Below the pieces are notes generated by a model that saw only the letters and a list, made by a program, of their open reading frames with translations, ran no database searches and was not told the DNA's origin. Positions 23,887-24,024 of a stretch of DNA of 24,024 bases are shown here, in pieces. The DNA is from a virus (taxonomy: Duplodnaviria > Caudoviricetes). Position numbers and translations under genes: made by a program. The stretch is from positions 1 through 24,024 of IMG/VR virus record IMGVR_UViG_3300044267_002438; one strand, written 5' to 3'. How positions within the stretch are numbered: the first letter of the stretch is position 1; every line of letters begins with the position of its first letter.

Positions 23887-24024
23887 TCCCAACACTTTCA
23901 TACTTAAAACACTCAAGAGCTATCCAACTTTCATTAACTCTTTTTGGGAACTCTTGGTCAGTGAACTTAATGGAGTAAGAGTTCTCGCCTATCCTCTTGA
24001 TGTAGTCTATATTATCAAGTGTTA
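23879..24024 (-). CDS. 3' end of a hypothetical protein (partial, ...TLDNIDYIKRIGENSYSIKFTDQEFPKRVNESWIALECFKYESVGNG*)
   Basis: Open frame from the window edge to TGA at 23881-23879. Confidence 0.6.
   Translation of the reverse strand, partial: TLDNIDYIKRIGENSYSIKFTDQEFPKRVNESWIALECFKYESVGNG

Overview
The window is the late (virion and lysis) region of a tailed dsDNA phage with a podovirus-type layout. No host genes are visible. On the + strand, in order: the 3' end of an upstream gene, a long RNA hairpin, a small ORF, a head-tail adaptor with an extra N-terminal beta domain, two small beta-rich proteins, a nozzle-like protein (T7 gp12/P22 gp10 type), and a small ORF. Four putative ejected proteins follow (403, 1645, 500 and 3308 aa; 5856 aa in total). 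The 403-aa protein has a prion-like, disordered composition. The 1645-aa protein has two long 11-residue-periodic helical arrays plus (GQGG)6, (NP)21, PPWWPP and acidic tracts. The 3308-aa protein is a polyvalent-type giant with an HExxH zincin motif, an ART-PolyVal-like ADP-ribosyltransferase fold whose catalytic residues look substituted, and a T7 gp16-like C-terminal part. Next come small membrane (holin-like) genes with no visible endolysin, a structured RNA element covering one ribosome-binding site, and an HNH-type endonuclease that converges on a minus-strand block (PD-(D/E)xK-like protein, Cys-rich protein, small membrane peptide). By manual scan, GATC, CCWGG and GGWCC are all absent from the 24 kb. 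All functional calls come from motif recognition and gene order by eye; no database searches were run.
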